Source: Candidatus Saccharimonadota bacterium (GTDB taxonomy: Bacteria > Patescibacteriota > Saccharimonadia > Saccharimonadales > JAXHMH01). From it: a DNA stretch of 64,000 nt. This document shows, piece by piece, positions 50,664 through 58,713 of the stretch. A program made the translations under genes and the position numbers. A model generated the notes under the pieces. It was not told where the DNA came from. It saw nothing but the letters and a program-made list of their open reading frames with translations, and ran no database searches. Where the stretch lies: NCBI GenBank assembly GCA_034521515.1, contig JAXHMH010000002.1, forward strand, positions 344,379-408,378, in the 5' to 3' direction. Position 1 is the stretch's first letter, and each line of letters opens with the position of its first letter.

Positions 50664-51632
50664 CTATTTAAAACGACTAATTTTTGTAAGTGATGTGTTG
50701 AGGAGTGCAGGAGCGAAATATCCAGATAAAGCACTTACTAGCAAGAAAGTTAAAAGACGGTTAAGAATTGCAACAGTTAGAGTTATTGGTACGGGCACTT
50801 GCATTAATGTGGCGCCTAGTGCCATAAGACTTTCTTTCACGCCTATGCCAGCGGGCGTAATTGAAAATATCATAGTCCAGCTTGATAAGGCGGCGATAAA
50901 CAGCGACTGAGCTATACCTATTTCAAATCCCAGGACTCTATAAAGGAGGAATAGGTTAACACCAGTGGTAACTAGAGTGATTAAAGCCCAGAAAGCTGAG
51001 CGATAAATAAATTTGGGGTGTTTCCTTACTTTGTCGTACTCTTCTGCTGCCGCATGAAGTCTCTCCAGCACCTTATAGGAGTGTTTATTGTGTAGTCGTA
51101 TAAGGCCACCAATAAGCTTTGATAACGGCGCGTAGAGTGTTGTTAAGAACAAAGATACAGCAATAATTATCAACAACATCGGCAAAGAGTAAGCGCCCGG
51201 CTGGCTATGTAGCGATGTGAATATTAAAATTGCCAGCAGACCTGACATGACGAACTGTAAAATGTTACTTAATACTAGACTGGACGAGAACTTAGCATAA
51301 GAGACCCCGTAACTCTTTTTTAAATAGAAGGCGCGTACAGTTAGCCCGATATAGCCAGGCGTTACCTGCTTGCTGAATCTTGTTAATGCTGATAAGCCAA
51401 AAATTTCTTTTTTGCTTAGCTTAACTCCGTGTGGCTCAATCGCCAGCTCGATTAGGTAGCCCATAGTGTAGATATTTAGTGCAATAAATAGTATTACAGG
51501 CAGCAATAGCCATGGATTTGTTAGAGAAATTTGCTGGAAATTATCCCAGTTAGTGTTTATGTACCAAAAGAAAACCGCTAACAATACGGATACAGTGGTG
51601 ATGCTTAATATGCGTTTATATTTTTTACTCAT
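50664..51632 (-). CDS. UPF0104/LPG-synthase-TM-type (flippase-like) membrane protein
   Basis: 322 aa with ~8 hydrophobic helices. It is paired with an upstream GT2 polyprenyl-phosphate glycosyltransferase gene, a recurrent arrangement for this family. Confidence 0.4.
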   Translation of the reverse strand: MSKKYKRILSITTVSVLLAVFFWYINTNWDNFQQISLTNPWLLLPVILFIALNIYTMGYLIELAIEPHGVKLSKKEIFGLSALTRFSKQVTPGYIGLTVRAFYLKKSYGVSYAKFSSSLVLSNILQFVMSGLLAILIFTSLHSQPGAYSLPMLLIIIAVSLFLTTLYAPLSKLIGGLIRLHNKHSYKVLERLHAAAEEYDKVRKHPKFIYRSAFWALITLVTTGVNLFLLYRVLGFEIGIAQSLFIAALSSWTMIFSITPAGIGVKESLMALGATLMQVPVPITLTVAILNRLLTFLLVSALSGYFAPALLNTSLTKISRFK

Positions 51633-51649
51633 TGCGTGAATGGATTTGT

Positions 51650-52591
51650 CTAATCATCTATCTGGATAGTTTTTAATCGTTCCAAAGTATCTTCGAGCAG
51701 CGTTCGGTTGGTTTTAATAAGGTCTGCAATTACGGCGAGTGCGTAGGCTAGTACCGAAACAAATATCAGTACAGCGCCAAGCAGCAACGACTGAATGTGC
51801 TCGCCCCTATCACCACCGGCGTAGAGCACCAAATAGCGCGCAAAAGGAATAATACCAAGCACTAGGAAGAAAGTGCCAAGCGAAATAAACAGCAAATGAG
51901 GGCGGTACATAATATAGCTGCGCACAATGGCACTGCCGGACTTAAACATATGCTGCCAGATGTTTTTGAATAACCTAGATTCACGAGTCTTGGGGTTGGT
52001 CTTAATCTTAATGCTGGTTATTGGTATGCGCTTGTTGCCAGCCTGGATAATGGTCTCCATGCAGTAACTAAACTCAGTCACGATGTTTAGACGCATTAAA
52101 GATTCTTTTGAGTAAGCACGGAAGCCGCTAGCTGCATCTGGCAAGTTGGTGCGCGCAGCTTTGTTAACTACGGCGCTACCAATGCGCTGCATCAGCTTTT
52201 TAAACCCGGAAAAGTGCTCTATTTTACTAGTTTGGCGGTCGCCAATAACAATCTCTGACTCGCCATTAATTATCGGCTGCACTAGATCACCAATAACCTC
52301 TTGCGGGTACTGGTTGTCGCCATCGGTGTTAACAACTATATCTGCGCCGTGGGCGAGGGCGTAGTTTACGCCATCGTGAAACGAGCGAGCCAAACCCATG
52401 TTTTTGCTGTGCAGTACAAAGTGCTTTACGCCGTGACGTTTGGCAACCTCGACAGTTTTATCAGTACTGCCATCATCAATAATTAACACTTCTACGCTAT
52501 CAACGCCCTTGATTTTTTTGGGGATGGTTTTGAGGACCAATGGCAAGGTCTGTTCCTCATTAAGGCAAGGTATCTGAATGTAAACTTTCAC
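51650..52591 (-). CDS. GT2 glycosyltransferase, polyprenyl-phosphate sugar synthase (GtrB/DPM1-like)
   Basis: VKVYIQIPCLNEEQTLP, LIIDDGSTDKT and NTDGDNQY (DxD), with two C-terminal TM helices. GTG 52591 with GGAG 7 nt upstream is preferred over the track start at 52663. Confidence 0.75.
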   Translation of the reverse strand: MKVYIQIPCLNEEQTLPLVLKTIPKKIKGVDSVEVLIIDDGSTDKTVEVAKRHGVKHFVLHSKNMGLARSFHDGVNYALAHGADIVVNTDGDNQYPQEVIGDLVQPIINGESEIVIGDRQTSKIEHFSGFKKLMQRIGSAVVNKAARTNLPDAASGFRAYSKESLMRLNIVTEFSYCMETIIQAGNKRIPITSIKIKTNPKTRESRLFKNIWQHMFKSGSAIVRSYIMYRPHLLFISLGTFFLVLGIIPFARYLVLYAGGDRGEHIQSLLLGAVLIFVSVLAYALAVIADLIKTNRTLLEDTLERLKTIQIDD

Positions 52592-52678
52592 CGTTTTTCT
52601 CCGTTTTGCTTCCAGTGTATTGTACCAGAGAAGTATTACCCGTAATATAGGTATGTTGATCAAAAAGAAAGGGAGTTG

Positions 52679-54406
52679 ATGTCCGGACAGCTAAACACGC
52701 CGCATGGCGGCAAACTTATAGACCTTATTGCAGGTGATAAAAAGGCAGCAGAATTAAAGAACAAAGCCCAAGATTATAAAAGCTGGGATCTAACACCGCG
52801 TCAGATTTGCGACACAGAGATGATTATTAACGGCGCATTCTCTCCGTTAACCGGTTTTATGAACCAGGCAGATTACGAGAGTGTTTGTAGTGACATGCGT
52901 CTCAGTGACAGTACGCTGTGGCCGATACCGATAACACTGGATGTTAGCGAAGAGTTTGGCAAAAGCCTCAAAAAGGGTGAAAAGGTCGCGCTGCGCGATC
53001 AAGAAGGCGTTATCTTGGCGATACTAGAGGTTGGTGACGTGTGGCAGCCTGATAAAGCCAAAGAGGCCGAGCAAGTGTATGGGGCTAATGATACAGCGCA
53101 TCCAGCCGTACATCACATGCACAATGAAGCACACGATATGTATGTAGGCGGTACGCTGACAGGTCTAGAGCTACCGAGTTATTATGATTTTAAAGAGCTA
53201 CGCAACTCGCCAAAAGAGCTACGGACATATTTTGAAAAAATGGGCTGGACCAAAGTGGTGGCTTTTCAGACGCGTAACCCGATGCACCGTGCTCATGTTG
53301 AGTTAACGCTGCGGGCTGCCAAACAGACCGAGGCCAACCTATTGATTCATCCAGTTGTCGGTATGACAAAGCCGGGTGATATAGATCATTACACCCGAGT
53401 GCGTATTTATAAGAAGCTCCAAGAACGCTATCCGGCGTCAACCGCCATGATTTCTCTACTGCCGCTGGCAATGCGCATGGGTGGCCCGCGCGAGGCAGTT
53501 TGGCACGCTATAATCCGCAAAAATTACGGTGTAACCCACTTTATCGTTGGCCGTGACCACGCCGGACCGGGCAAGAACTCTAAAGGCGAGGACTTTTACG
53601 GTCCGTACGACGCGCAAAAACTTGTCGAGGAATATAAGGACGAACTCGGCATAGAGATTGTGCCGTTCCAGATGATGGTGTATGTACCGAGCAAAGATAT
53701 GTACATGGCTATTGATGAAGTGCCGGAAGGTACGGAGTTTGCCAGTATCTCTGGCACAGAACAGCGTGAGCGGCTGGCTACTGGCCGGGAGTTGCCTGAA
53801 TGGTTCACCTATCCGGAGGTTGAGCAAGAATTACGGCGAACCACCAAGCCGCTGCATCAGCGAGGTTTTACAGTGTTTTTCACAGGGCTTTCTGGTTCTG
53901 GCAAGTCAACCGTAGCAAACGCCTTGCGTATTAAACTGCTAGAACAGGGTGATAAAACCGTGTCGTTACTAGACGGGGATGTGGTGCGCAAGCACTTGTC
54001 ATCTGAACTTGGATTTAGCAAAGAGCATCGGGATCTAAATGTGCTAAGAATTGGATATGTGGCTTCTGAGATTGCCAAACACGGCGGCGTAGCTATATGT
54101 GCCCCGATTGCACCATATGACAAAACCAGAAAACAGGTGCGCCAGATGGTAGAAGAAACCAATGCCAAGTTCATTTTGGTGCATGTTGCGACCTCGCTGG
54201 AAGTGTGCGAGGAGCGTGACCGCAAAGGACTCTACGCTGCGGCGCGTGCCGGGAAAATCAAGGAGTTCACCGGGATATCAGACCCGTACGAAGAACCGAC
54301 CGACGCGGATTTGGTGCTAGATACGGTAGATACAACACCGGAAGCTTTGGCGCAAGAAGTGCTATTGCATCTGGAAAAAGAAGGTCTGTTGCACGACGAA
54401 GCATAA
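52679..54406 (+). CDS. sat: Bifunctional sulfate adenylyltransferase (ATP sulfurylase) / adenylylsulfate (APS) kinase
   Basis: The ATP-sulfurylase part has QTRNPMHRAHVEL and VGRDHAGPG. The C-terminal APS kinase has FFTGLSGSGKSTVANAL (P-loop) and LDGDVVRKHL. Confidence 0.9.
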   Translation: MSGQLNTPHGGKLIDLIAGDKKAAELKNKAQDYKSWDLTPRQICDTEMIINGAFSPLTGFMNQADYESVCSDMRLSDSTLWPIPITLDVSEEFGKSLKKGEKVALRDQEGVILAILEVGDVWQPDKAKEAEQVYGANDTAHPAVHHMHNEAHDMYVGGTLTGLELPSYYDFKELRNSPKELRTYFEKMGWTKVVAFQTRNPMHRAHVELTLRAAKQTEANLLIHPVVGMTKPGDIDHYTRVRIYKKLQERYPASTAMISLLPLAMRMGGPREAVWHAIIRKNYGVTHFIVGRDHAGPGKNSKGEDFYGPYDAQKLVEEYKDELGIEIVPFQMMVYVPSKDMYMAIDEVPEGTEFASISGTEQRERLATGRELPEWFTYPEVEQELRRTTKPLHQRGFTVFFTGLSGSGKSTVANALRIKLLEQGDKTVSLLDGDVVRKHLSSELGFSKEHRDLNVLRIGYVASEIAKHGGVAICAPIAPYDKTRKQVRQMVEETNAKFILVHVATSLEVCEERDRKGLYAAARAGKIKEFTGISDPYEEPTDADLVLDTVDTTPEALAQEVLLHLEKEGLLHDEA

Positions 54407-54410
54407 TGAT

Positions 54411-54724
54411 TAATAGGAAATAGGAAATAGGAAATAGGAAATAGGAAATAGGAAATAGGAAATAGGAGTTGGGAGGGGTGAGACTAGAGACTAGAGACTA
54501 GAGAATTGATAGTTAATAGATGATAATTAATAGGTGATAGATAATAGGTGAGAATTGATAGTTGATAGGTGATGGAAGGTGGAAGATGGTAGTTGGTAGG
54601 TGGTAGGCGGGGTGGTGAGACTTGAGACTAGAGACGTGAGGGGTGATAGATAATAGGTGAGAATTAATAGATGATAGGGGGTGGAAGTTGTCAGTGGGCT
54701 GTGGTCTGTTGTCAGTTGTCTGTC
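54411..54724. repeat. Heptad tract of ~45 phase-locked 7-nt units in several sequence blocks
   Basis: The blocks are: (aaatagg)x8 perfect at 54411-54466; gagacta x3 plus one degenerate unit at 54480-54507; gatagtt/aataggt-type units; gatggta/ggtggta-type units; acttgag/actagag/acgtgag; and gtcagtg/gtctgtt/gtcagtt/gtctgtc. The tract was parsed by hand with no register loss. Confidence 0.9.
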
Positions 54725-54774
54725 CACAACCTGTTCACTGACGACTGATTACGGGCTACTAGCGAATGCTACAA

Positions 54775-54813
54775 TTGACATAAATCCTTCCGTTATATAT
54801 ACTTTGGTATATG
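54775..54813 (+). promoter_or_regulatory. Promoter of the DinJ/YafQ-like operon, leaderless configuration
   Basis: TTGACA (54775-54780), 17 nt, TATACT (54798-54803), then ATG at 54811, 7 nt after the -10. There is no SD. Confidence 0.6.
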
Positions 54814-55101
54814 AAAACCGATGATAGTAAGAACACCATCTTAAACATTAAGTTAAGCAAATCGCTAAAGCTAGAGGCTCAAAGTATTGCCAAAGAAATG
54901 GGCATACCGCTAACTACTGTCGTTAAGGCCGGCCTTAACGACTTTGTTAGAAGTAGATCGGTCACTTTATCTACATCTCCTAAACTTAAGCCAGAAGTTG
55001 AGCGTAAACTAGTTGAAGCGGCGCAAGAAGCCAGACAAGGAAAGAATATATCTGACAAGTTCACTACACTAGAAGAAGGATTCGACTGGCTGGATGCATG
55101 A
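54811..55101 (+). CDS. Type II antitoxin, RelB/DinJ-like
   Basis: 96 aa. ILNIKLSKSLKLEAQSIAKEMGIPLTTVVKAGLNDFV is RHH/DinJ-like. There is a 4-nt overlap with the toxin gene. Confidence 0.65.
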   Translation: MKTDDSKNTILNIKLSKSLKLEAQSIAKEMGIPLTTVVKAGLNDFVRSRSVTLSTSPKLKPEVERKLVEAAQEARQGKNISDKFTTLEEGFDWLDA

Positions 55102-55364
55102 TCGAAGATATTCGTTATTCCAAAAAGTTCAAGAAACAGTACAAAAAGTTACCATTTAAAATCCAACAACGGACAAAAGAGCGCATTAGGTTGCTTTATG
55201 AAGATCCGTTTAATCCTATTTTGAAGCACCACATACTATCAGGTAATCTCAGGGGCGTACATAGTATAAATATAACCGCCGATTACAGAGCGCTTTACAT
55301 AGAAATAAACAATAAGAAAATAATGTTCGATATGATAGGGGCTCACTCACAATTGTATAAATAG
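55098..55364 (+). CDS. Type II toxin, RelE/YafQ family
   Basis: IRYSKKFKKQYKKL...LKHHILSGNLRGVHSINITADYRALYIEINNKKIMFDMIGAHSQLY. It is a paralog of 30534..30794. Confidence 0.75.
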   Translation: MIEDIRYSKKFKKQYKKLPFKIQQRTKERIRLLYEDPFNPILKHHILSGNLRGVHSINITADYRALYIEINNKKIMFDMIGAHSQLYK

Positions 55365-55382
55365 AATATAGTATTTCGTATC

Positions 55383-55501
55383 TAGGAGGTAGTAGATGGG
55401 GGCGGTGAGACTAGAGACGTGAGACTAGAGACTAGAGACTTGAGACTTGAGACTAGAGAGGTGAGGGGTGATAGATGATAGTTAATAGATGATAGTTAAT
55501 A
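55383..55501. repeat. Heptad tract of ~17 units (ggtgaga ctagaga cgtgaga ... gatgata gttaata)
   Basis: A gagac-type block is followed by a gata/taata-type block, forming the spacer between two TA cassettes. Confidence 0.85.
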
Positions 55502-55518
55502 TTCTACTTCCGTATATT

Positions 55519-55556
55519 TTGACAGCATGCCGTCATGACGGTAAAATGGCATCATG
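55519..55556 (+). promoter_or_regulatory. Promoter/operator of the RHH/RelE operon, leaderless configuration
   Basis: TTGACA (55519-55524), 17 nt, TAAAAT (55542-55547), then ATG at 55554, 6 nt after the -10. A 12-bp palindrome CCGTCATGACGG (55530-55541) lies in the spacer. Confidence 0.6.
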
Positions 55557-55784
55557 ACTAAAAAAACTACTCTTTATCTGGATCCGAGCCTGTATAAAGG
55601 CATAAAGTTACGCGCCGTGGAAACTGGCCAATCGGTTTCTGCCCTAATGAACGAAGCTCTGCGTGATCAGCTGAGTGAAGATTTGTCGGATATCACCAGC
55701 ATCAGAAACCGCCTTGCCAAAAAAGACAAGCCTTTGACCTATGACCAAGCGCTGAGTGAGCTTAAGAGAGATGGCCTCATATAA
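55554..55784 (+). CDS. Type II antitoxin, ribbon-helix-helix (CopG-like)
   Basis: MTKKTTLYLDPSLYKGIKLRAVETGQSVSALMNEALRDQL shows the RHH pattern. Confidence 0.7.
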   Translation: MTKKTTLYLDPSLYKGIKLRAVETGQSVSALMNEALRDQLSEDLSDITSIRNRLAKKDKPLTYDQALSELKRDGLI

Positions 55785-56031
55785 CGTTCTGATCCTGCCA
55801 GTTGTTATCAAAAAGGATTTGCCTAAAATTCCTAAGAACGACGTTCGCAAAATCATGAGCCGTATTGAATCACTTGGCGAAAACCCCCGACCAGATTGGT
55901 CTAAAAAGCTGTCTGGCAGAGAGGAATACCGAGCTAGGTCAGGCAACTACCGGATACTGTATGTCATTGATGACGGCATAAAGATTGTGCAAGTAACTAA
56001 AGTCAGAGATCGCAAGAAAGTATATAAATGA
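55771..56031 (+). CDS. Type II toxin, RelE/ParE family
   Basis: YRARSGNYRILYVIDDGIKIVQVTKVRDRKKVY. ATG 55771 overlaps the antitoxin 3' end; the track start at 55756 is less likely. Confidence 0.7.
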   Translation: MASYNVLILPVVIKKDLPKIPKNDVRKIMSRIESLGENPRPDWSKKLSGREEYRARSGNYRILYVIDDGIKIVQVTKVRDRKKVYK

Positions 56032-56053
56032 ATAGCACCTATTAACTAAAATT

Positions 56054-56186
56054 GTAGACGCATGAGACATGAGACTGGAGACTAGAGACATGAGACGTGA
56101 GACTAGAGACTAGAGGGGTAATAGATGATAGGTAATAGGTAATAGGTAATAGATAATAGATGATAGGTAATAGGTAATAGATGATG
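56054..56186. repeat. Heptad tract of ~19 units (catgaga ctggaga ctagaga ... ggtaata gatgata)
   Basis: A gagac-type block is followed by ggtaata/gataata/gatgata units. The cysQ ATG codons (56181-56189) lie in the last units. Confidence 0.85.
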
Positions 56187-56951
56187 ATGGATAAATTACT
56201 AGAGCAAGTTATAGGGATCGCGCAGCAAGCCGGGGACGCCATTATGGAGGTTTATCACTCTGATGAGCACGGTGTAGAAACAAAAGAAGATGATTCACCG
56301 CTCACCATTGCCGATAAAGCGGCCAACGACATCATTGTGCGGGAGCTAGAAAAAATATCTAAACTCCCGATTATTTCTGAAGAAAACGAGCAACGCGAAG
56401 GTGCAGACACCTTCTGGTTAGTAGATCCGTTGGATGGTACCAAGGAATTCATTAAGAAAAACGGCGAATTTACCGTTAATATCGGGCTTATTCATAATAA
56501 AAAGCCGATACTTGGCGTGGTATACGCACCGGACAAAGGTGTGACTTACGTTGGCTCCGAGGCTGGTGCTTTCAAATATGAGGCCGGTCAAGAAACCAAA
56601 ATTACCGCGCACCATGATGAGGCGATGCCAACAATCGTCGCTAGCCGTTCGCACCGTGACGAACGAGTCGATGCGCTACTTGAGAATATTGGCGAGCACA
56701 AGATTGTGAGTATGGGATCATCCTTCAAACTATGCCTCGTAGCGGACGGTACAGCCATGCTATATCCGCGCTTAGCTCCGACCTACCTATGGGATACGGC
56801 TGCAGCCGATGCAGTTGTACGGGCGGCAGGCGGGAGAGTGCAAAACCTGGCTGGCGAGGATTTGACGTATGACCCAGCAAAAGATATGAAAAACCCATTT
56901 TTTGTGGTTAGTACTAAAAACTGTATTGATTGGCAAAGATACTTAGGCTAA
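56181..56951 (+). CDS. cysQ: 3'(2'),5'-bisphosphate nucleotidase CysQ (PAP phosphatase)
   Basis: Inositol-monophosphatase-family motifs ISEE and WLVDPLDGTKEF, with C-terminal WDTAAADAVV. 256 aa. Confidence 0.8.
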   Translation: MMMDKLLEQVIGIAQQAGDAIMEVYHSDEHGVETKEDDSPLTIADKAANDIIVRELEKISKLPIISEENEQREGADTFWLVDPLDGTKEFIKKNGEFTVNIGLIHNKKPILGVVYAPDKGVTYVGSEAGAFKYEAGQETKITAHHDEAMPTIVASRSHRDERVDALLENIGEHKIVSMGSSFKLCLVADGTAMLYPRLAPTYLWDTAAADAVVRAAGGRVQNLAGEDLTYDPAKDMKNPFFVVSTKNCIDWQRYLG

Positions 56952-58708
56952 AAGCTTAGCCCAAAACCAAAGCTCAACAACACGGTCAAACTAATGGTAG
57001 TGATGATATTGAGCCAGATACCCAGACGCATAAAATCGCTGAATTTATAGGCTCCGGCACTGTAGACCATGGTGTTGGTTTGATAACCGAGCGGACTTAT
57101 GAATGAAAGTGAGGCAGCAATAGCAATGGCAATGGCGAACATACGCGGGTCAGCCGAACTCTGCACAGCCGTAGCTATGGCGATAGGGAACACTAACAAC
57201 GCAGCAGCCGCATTAGTAATAAGCTCGGTCAAAATTGAGGTGGCAATAATAACACCGAGCAATAGACCAATTGTGCCAAACACACCCATGTAATCAATAA
57301 TTGTTTGGCTGAGTGCAGTAGCCAGCCCCGAGGCATCAACACCTTTGGCTACACCGATGGCGGCGGCAATCATAACCAGCAGATCAAAATCTATGGCGTT
57401 GCGCGCCTGGGTGGTGCTATTGAGTCGCAGTAGGATAGTAGATAAAGCACCACTGAGCACGGCGATGGATAGCGGCACGCCAAGAGCAATCAGGCCGATA
57501 ATTAGCCCGACGGTGACGGTTATTAGGAAGCTACCTTTGTCGTTGCTGGTTTTTGTTTTGCTGACATAGCGCATGTATAAGAAATCGCTGCGATCTTGCC
57601 AACGAGGAATAAACGCTTCGTCACTGACGATAAGCAAGCTATCGCCAGGGCGAAGGGCTACGTTGCCCAGCGATCCGCTGATCTTTTCACCGGCACGGAA
57701 AATAGCCAACACAGCTGCTTGGTACTTGGAGCGGAAGCCAATTTCTGCCAGCGTACTGCCAACCAGTGATTTGTTGTGGCCAACCACTACTTCTATGTAG
57801 CTAGTTTTATGCGCCAGTCGACTGGCGTGTTTATCTTCAACTGCTTTTAAGCTTGTATGATGAGCCAGTTCAATTAGTGAGTCTGCGTTGCCGGAAAATC
57901 GAAGTACATCACCGGGCTGAATAGTCGTGGCGGGGTTTACCGGAGCGAGCACATCGCCGTTTTGCCGAATAAGCTCCACCAAAAACACGTCTTTTAGGTT
58001 GCGCAGACCAGCCTGGTTGATGCTCTTGCCGATCACGGTTTTTTTAGGCAGCATGTCTATGGTAAAGCGTTTTTCTATGTCTGCTGCATCAATATCTGCC
58101 AGTGTCCGCTCCGGAATGAGTCGGGGCGCAAACAGCACGATAAAACCAATGCCAATGATTGCGAGTGGCAGGCTGTAGGCGGTGAGTTCAAAAAATGAAA
58201 AACCCTCGAACCCGTAATCTGTCAGTAAACCAGATACGACCAGGTTGGTGGAGGTGCCAATTAGTGTCAATGCTCCGCCAAATATGGCTGCGTACGATAG
58301 CGGGATTAAAAACTTAGATGATGGCAGGTGGTTCTTTTTAGACCAGGTGATAATGGGGTTAATCAGCATAGCCACCACAGGCGTATTATTAACAAACGCC
58401 GAGCTGATGCTTACTGGAGCCATGATTCTAATTAACCCGCGCCGGATGCTTTTTGAGGCACCAAATAATTTAGCAGTTATTTTATCTACCTGGACGGTGT
58501 TTTCTATGGCACGGGCAATCACAAACAGCGAAGCAATGGTGATAAGGCTCTGGTTGCTAAAGCCAACAAAAGCCTCGTTAATAGATACAATGTCGGTTAT
58601 AACCAAAGCAGCCAAGCCGATCAAGAATGCGACTGATGGCGCGACCAAACCCCTTAAAAGGCTAATAAATATCCCCGCAAGTACAAGCAAGGTTATGAGT
58701 TCTTGCAT
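56948..58708 (-). CDS. SLC13/DASS-family anion permease with two central TrkA-C (RCK_C) domains; probable sulfate transporter by context
   Basis: 586 aa with N- and C-terminal polytopic halves. The central soluble region has two repeats of the GxxLxExxFR-type pattern (GSTLAEIGFRSKYQAAVLAIFR, GKSINQAGLRNLKDVFLVELIR). It has a 4-nt overlap with cysQ, convergent. Confidence 0.6.
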   Translation of the reverse strand: MQELITLLVLAGIFISLLRGLVAPSVAFLIGLAALVITDIVSINEAFVGFSNQSLITIASLFVIARAIENTVQVDKITAKLFGASKSIRRGLIRIMAPVSISSAFVNNTPVVAMLINPIITWSKKNHLPSSKFLIPLSYAAIFGGALTLIGTSTNLVVSGLLTDYGFEGFSFFELTAYSLPLAIIGIGFIVLFAPRLIPERTLADIDAADIEKRFTIDMLPKKTVIGKSINQAGLRNLKDVFLVELIRQNGDVLAPVNPATTIQPGDVLRFSGNADSLIELAHHTSLKAVEDKHASRLAHKTSYIEVVVGHNKSLVGSTLAEIGFRSKYQAAVLAIFRAGEKISGSLGNVALRPGDSLLIVSDEAFIPRWQDRSDFLYMRYVSKTKTSNDKGSFLITVTVGLIIGLIALGVPLSIAVLSGALSTILLRLNSTTQARNAIDFDLLVMIAAAIGVAKGVDASGLATALSQTIIDYMGVFGTIGLLLGVIIATSILTELITNAAAALLVFPIAIATAVQSSADPRMFAIAIAIAASLSFISPLGYQTNTMVYSAGAYKFSDFMRLGIWLNIITTISLTVLLSFGFGLSF

Positions 58709-58713
58709 ATTAT

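Noticed and set aside
54527-54727. 66-aa minus-strand ORF (also 56042..56242 and 18374..18670)
   Set aside because: These lie entirely or largely in the stop-free complement of heptad tracts. Their products are low-complexity (S/T/L/P/Y repeats) with no start context, so they are artefacts of the repeat composition.
54411-56186. Repeat-rich spacers considered as a CRISPR array
   Set aside because: The repeat period is 7 nt with no unique spacers of 25-40 nt and no 24-48-nt direct repeats. No cas genes are nearby. These are tandem heptads, not CRISPR.
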